Source: Candidatus Moraniibacteriota bacterium (GTDB lineage: Bacteria; Patescibacteriota; Minisyncoccia; Moranbacterales; DUUL01). Taken from it: a stretch of DNA of 53,311 nucleotides. The notes beneath the pieces were generated by a model, which made no database searches, was not told the origin of the DNA, and saw only the letters and a program-made list of their open reading frames with translations. This document shows positions 49,588-53,311 of this stretch, piece after piece. How positions within the stretch are numbered: the stretch's first letter is position 1; each line of letters starts with the position of its first letter. Both the position numbers and the translations under genes were made by a program. Where the stretch lies: assembly GCA_041583775.1 (NCBI GenBank), contig JBFHFF010000009.1, forward strand, positions 1-53,311, in the 5' to 3' direction.

Positions 49588-49680
49588 TTTTTTATTTTTA
49601 TTTTTTCATAATATAAATACTGCAAATACGATTGTGCAACATTTTTGACATTAGTATTTGCTATCAAAACCAAGGGTCAT

Positions 49681-50970
49681 TTAAACTTCGCTAAGCAATT
49701 CACCAATCACTCTCTTGTCATTCCATGGCACCCTTTTTTCTCCGATTGCCATTGTTTCCTCTGCTCCTTTTCCTGTGATAAGCACAAGATCGCCTGCCTG
49801 TGCAATTTTCAAAGCTTTTGCAATACCGTCTTTTCTTTCTGGAATTTTCCAACAATTTTCATTTTCTTTTTTGCCTCCAGAAACAACGCCTGCAAATACT
49901 TCTTCTATAATTCGCATAGGATCTTCATGATATGGATCCTCATTCGTGACAATAGCAAAATCAGCATATTTTGCCACAATTTTTCCCATAATCGGTCGTT
50001 TTCCTCGGTCTCGCTCCCCACAACTTCCAAAAACCCAAATTATTTTCCCAAATTCTTTTCGATCTTGTGCTTTGCTCAACATAACACCAATTTTTTCCAT
50101 TGAATCTGGCGTAAGAGCATAGTCAACAATAATTGAAAGATTTCTATTATTTTTGATATATTCCATCCTACCACTAACATTTTCAATTTTCTCAAGAGCT
50201 GTTTTTGAAACATCTAGTTTCACACCTTGTAAATTTCCAACACAGACTGCGGCTAAGGCATTTTCAATATTAAAAAGGCCCGGTAAATTCAAATGAAACT
50301 CTACTTCATTGATTGTAAAATTAGAACCTTGAATATTAGCTTTTATTCCTTTTGCTAAAATAATATCCACTTCATCTCTCTCTTCAAATCCAGCTTGAAC
50401 TTCAATTTCTTTTGTAAATCCAATAATTTTATTTCCTCCTTGCTTTGCAATATCAATAAAACTTTGCGGATTTTCCATATCAAGATTAACAACACACAAC
50501 CCATTCTCCTTCAGTTTTGTGAATAATTTGGCCTTTGCTTTTCGATATTTCTCCATCGATTGATGGTAATCCAAATGTTCTCTGGTTATATTAGTAACAA
50601 CCGCAATATCAAAAAATACTCCGTACAAACGGCTTTGGTCCAATGCATGAGAAGAAACTTCAAGCACTAAATATTCACATTTCTCATTAACTGCATTGCT
50701 GATGAATTTTTGTACAGCCCATGCCGATAGTGTAGTAAATTTTGTCTCATTCACCCACTCTTTTTCCGCAAACTTAAAATTGATTGTAGAAGCCATTGCC
50801 ACTCTATGACCAGACTCTTCAAGAATCTTTCCAATCATTTGCACTGTTGTGGTCTTGCCATTTGTTCCAGTGACGCCGATTATTTTTATTTTTTTCGAGG
50901 GAAATCCAAAATATAGAGCTGCCAAAAAGGATCTACCAAAATGATATTTATTCTTAAACCATCTTAACAT
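49681..50970 (-). CDS. murE: UDP-N-acetylmuramyl-tripeptide synthetase
   Basis: GVTGTNGKTTT, EVSSHAL.Q, TNITREHLDYH, GRME, VDYA, GERDRGKRP.MG, TGKGAE. Confidence 0.93.
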   Translation of the reverse strand: MLRWFKNKYHFGRSFLAALYFGFPSKKIKIIGVTGTNGKTTTVQMIGKILEESGHRVAMASTINFKFAEKEWVNETKFTTLSAWAVQKFISNAVNEKCEYLVLEVSSHALDQSRLYGVFFDIAVVTNITREHLDYHQSMEKYRKAKAKLFTKLKENGLCVVNLDMENPQSFIDIAKQGGNKIIGFTKEIEVQAGFEERDEVDIILAKGIKANIQGSNFTINEVEFHLNLPGLFNIENALAAVCVGNLQGVKLDVSKTALEKIENVSGRMEYIKNNRNLSIIVDYALTPDSMEKIGVMLSKAQDRKEFGKIIWVFGSCGERDRGKRPIMGKIVAKYADFAIVTNEDPYHEDPMRIIEEVFAGVVSGGKKENENCWKIPERKDGIAKALKIAQAGDLVLITGKGAEETMAIGEKRVPWNDKRVIGELLSEV

Positions 50971-51988
50971 TTTTTTTGATTTTCATTTTTAATTGATGCA
51001 ATAAATCGCTGATATTTTGCAATATTTTATAAGCATAATACTTTTTGTCATCAAGAACAACATCCCAACAACCCGGAAATGATACCAATTCACTTTTAGG
51101 CGAAAATCCTGTTTTAAACTTAGAAATCCCAGTCCAATTATTTTCCAAAAGTTCTCCGTTTCCATCTTTTTCAATCTTAGTTCCACCAAAATCATATCTC
51201 AAAAAATCATTTTTCTTTGCATCTAAGATAATGGTCCATTGCAAAAGGTGTGGCGCCATCACATTTCTATTCTCATTAGAAGAAGCTCCGTGTAGATAAG
51301 TTGCAACAGACCCACAAAATGAAACAAGTGCAGTCGCAATTACCTTGCCTTCAAATCTAGCCATATACAAACTAAGCATATCTGTTGGAATGGACTTCAC
51401 CATTTTCCTATAATAACTTTCTGAATGAATTTCAATTCCATCCCTTTTGGCTGTCGTTTTTGATAATTGAATAAAAGTCTCTACCGCTTTTTCGTCACAA
51501 ATTTTTTCTATCTCAACCCCTTTTTTTGAAGCTAAACGAATGTTATACCTTGTCTTTGATTTCATCTCAGACAAAAGATTCTCTTTTGATTTTTTCAAAT
51601 CCAACATTAGCGTTTGTGCCGGCTCGTGGTTCTTTTTGGATTTTACCACGCCAAACCCTAATTTCTCAAAACTGCTTTTCAATTCCGTCAAATCCTTGCT
51701 TGTTTGGGGCTCAATTCTAATCCAACCAACATTTTCCTTCTTAGCAATTTGCAATAACTCATCTACACATTTCTCGACAAATCCTTTTTTGAAAAATATT
51801 GGTCCGCGCGGAATAAAAAAATAACTCCCCACTACCGGTAAGGTATATTCAATCATATTAGCACTAAACTCGTCAGCTATTTTTAGTTTCACAGTTTTAT
51901 TACCAACAGCTTCCTGAAAAAAAGCCCATTCTTCTGATTGTAAAAATCCACCATCCTTTACATCTAACAATTCCTTTTCATTTTTCAT
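50954..51988 (-). CDS. FemABX-family peptidoglycan bridge aminoacyltransferase
   Basis: FLQSEEW, PRGP, KTRYNIRLA.KKGV, YLHGAS, YDFGG, FKTGF. Confidence 0.9.
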   Translation of the reverse strand: MKNEKELLDVKDGGFLQSEEWAFFQEAVGNKTVKLKIADEFSANMIEYTLPVVGSYFFIPRGPIFFKKGFVEKCVDELLQIAKKENVGWIRIEPQTSKDLTELKSSFEKLGFGVVKSKKNHEPAQTLMLDLKKSKENLLSEMKSKTRYNIRLASKKGVEIEKICDEKAVETFIQLSKTTAKRDGIEIHSESYYRKMVKSIPTDMLSLYMARFEGKVIATALVSFCGSVATYLHGASSNENRNVMAPHLLQWTIILDAKKNDFLRYDFGGTKIEKDGNGELLENNWTGISKFKTGFSPKSELVSFPGCWDVVLDDKKYYAYKILQNISDLLHQLKMKIKKNVKMV

Positions 51989-51994
51989 CTTTTA

Positions 51995-52564
51995 CTATTT
52001 TTTCATTGATTTAAGGGCGAATTTAATCTTGTCAGAAATATCAGTAAACTCTGCTGGAATTGATTTATTAGCCTCCCTAGCCTCACCAATTGAATATCCC
52101 ATACCAATGAGGGCTTCGACAACTTCATAATCAGTATCAACCTCCTCGCTTTCACTAACCATAACTGAATCAACTTTATTTCGTAATTCCAAAACTACTC
52201 TTTCCGCTGTCTTTTTTCCAATTCCAGATACTTTCGTTAAAATACTTGGATCTCCTTTTTTAATAGCATTTTTAAGAGTTGCTGGAGACGCAATCGTCAA
52301 AATTCCCAATCCAGCCTTTGGTCCAACACCAGAAATTGAAAGCAATAATTCAAACATTTCTAATTCCTCCATTAACTCAAATCCATAGAAGTGAATATGA
52401 TCCTCTTTCACATTCGTGTGAATAAACAAAGAAACTTCAGGTTTTATAGCAACTTTTCCTAAAGAAATTTCACTGAGAAAAACTCTATATCCCACACCAT
52501 TAACATCTAATACCACAAAATTCTTATGAACAGAGTCCAATCTTCCATTTAGCTTTCCAATCAT
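51995..52564 (-). CDS. ruvA: Holliday junction branch migration protein RuvA
   Basis: DVNGVGY, ISGVGPK, GIGKKTAERVVLEL, ALIGMGY. Confidence 0.96.
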   Translation of the reverse strand: MIGKLNGRLDSVHKNFVVLDVNGVGYRVFLSEISLGKVAIKPEVSLFIHTNVKEDHIHFYGFELMEELEMFELLLSISGVGPKAGLGILTIASPATLKNAIKKGDPSILTKVSGIGKKTAERVVLELRNKVDSVMVSESEEVDTDYEVVEALIGMGYSIGEAREANKSIPAEFTDISDKIKFALKSMKK

Positions 52565-52742
52565 TTTTGTTTAGTTCTATTTTTAATTATCCTTTTACAT
52601 ACTAACATTTCCTTTACAAAACTTCCAGAGCATGATAGTCTGTTAAGAGTTTCGAGTTGGCTCTAAAAGTATCTACCTGCGAGAAACCATTTGAGTTAAA
52701 AGTATCTCAGACTTTTATAATTTATATTTATTAAATAAAAAA

Positions 52743-53000
52743 ATGCCAAATCTAGAATCGGCAAAAAAATATCTTAAGGTTACAGCACGAAGAACAGCTG
52801 AGAATCGTATGAGAAAACTTGCATACAGAAAAGCAATCAAGGACTTTCTTTTAGCAATCAAAGAAGAGAAAACTGCTGAAGCACAAAAACTTTTTGTTAC
52901 TGTGCAAAAGTCTCTTGATAAAGCAGTTAAAACAGGAGCAATTACTAAGAACACTGCTTCAAGGAAAAAATCTCGACTTTCAAAAAGCTTAGCAAAATAA
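52743..53000 (+). CDS. rpsT: 30S ribosomal protein S20
   Basis: MPNLESAKK, LDKAVKTG..KNTASRKKSRL. Confidence 0.95.
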   Translation: MPNLESAKKYLKVTARRTAENRMRKLAYRKAIKDFLLAIKEEKTAEAQKLFVTVQKSLDKAVKTGAITKNTASRKKSRLSKSLAK

Positions 53001-53026
53001 TCTTTGCAAGACAAGATATACTTTTT

Positions 53027-53062
53027 AAAATAAAACCACCAGAGAGGTGGTTTTATTTTTTT
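53027..53062. terminator. Bidirectional terminator
   Basis: AAAATAAAACCACC-AGAGA-GGTGGTTTTATTTT. Confidence 0.8.
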
Positions 53063-53074
53063 ATAATTTTTCAT

Positions 53075-53311
53075 CTATGAATCTCTTGTTTCAGACATAT
53101 TTTTCAATTTCTTAGCCTGCTCAATTCTTTGTTTTTGAATATTTGATAATTTCGGACTGAAATTACTTTTGAGCTCCACATAAAAAGCACTTCCTTTTCC
53201 TACTCCAGGAGATTCTGCCCAAATTCTTCCTTTATGTGCTTCAATGACTTTTTTGCAAACATATAGTCCCAAACCAACTCCTTCCGTATGTATTTGTGTT
53301 ACACCTTTTCC
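53075..53311 (-). CDS. C-terminus of a sensor histidine kinase (5'-truncated by the window edge)
   Basis: [34 protein letters not shown], HATPase_c G2 box. Confidence 0.9.
   Translation of the reverse strand, partial: GKGVTQIHTEGVGLGLYVCKKVIEAHKGRIWAESPGVGKGSAFYVELKSNFSPKLSNIQKQRIEQAKKLKNMSETRDS

Noticed and set aside
1-53311. Alternative genetic code (TGA recoding as in Gracilibacteria/SR1)
   Set aside because: Conserved genes translate full length in code 11, and TGA serves as a stop in the ATGA overlap at 7274-7277

Overview
AT-rich bacterial chromosome window using genetic code 11. Gene content suggests Patescibacteria/CPR, probably Parcubacteria (inference): fermentative core genes, short thrS, TRAM-less MiaB-like protein, O-antigen-ligase/TPR membrane protein, small AbrB protein, and most genes without a Shine-Dalgarno (SD) sequence. 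From left to right: (1) a secreted M23-peptidase/CARDB/repeat protein missed by the ORF track and running off the left edge, plus two membrane-anchored proteins; (2) a ~13 kb minus-strand glycan operon headed by a 1607-aa GT2-GT2-flippase-GT4 fusion, with a structured leader; (3) housekeeping genes pyrG, rplI, malic enzyme, trxB, trxA, uppS, polyprenyl synthase, tRNA-Glu, recJ, a pseudo-receiver regulator, ADP-forming acetate-CoA ligase, PfkB kinase, gpmI and eno; (4) tRNA-Lys followed by two tandem promoter-hairpin-CCUCCUCC-terminator units that look like sibling anti-SD small RNAs, the most unusual signal in the window; (5) dnaE, a GNAT, a YdjM-like protein, T-box-regulated thrS with an apparently miniature stem I, miaB-like, an AbrB-HD-RhuM/Fic module, a Kef antiporter, murE, femAB-like, ruvA, rpsT and a partial histidine kinase. 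No CRISPR array, rRNA, transposase or integrase was seen.
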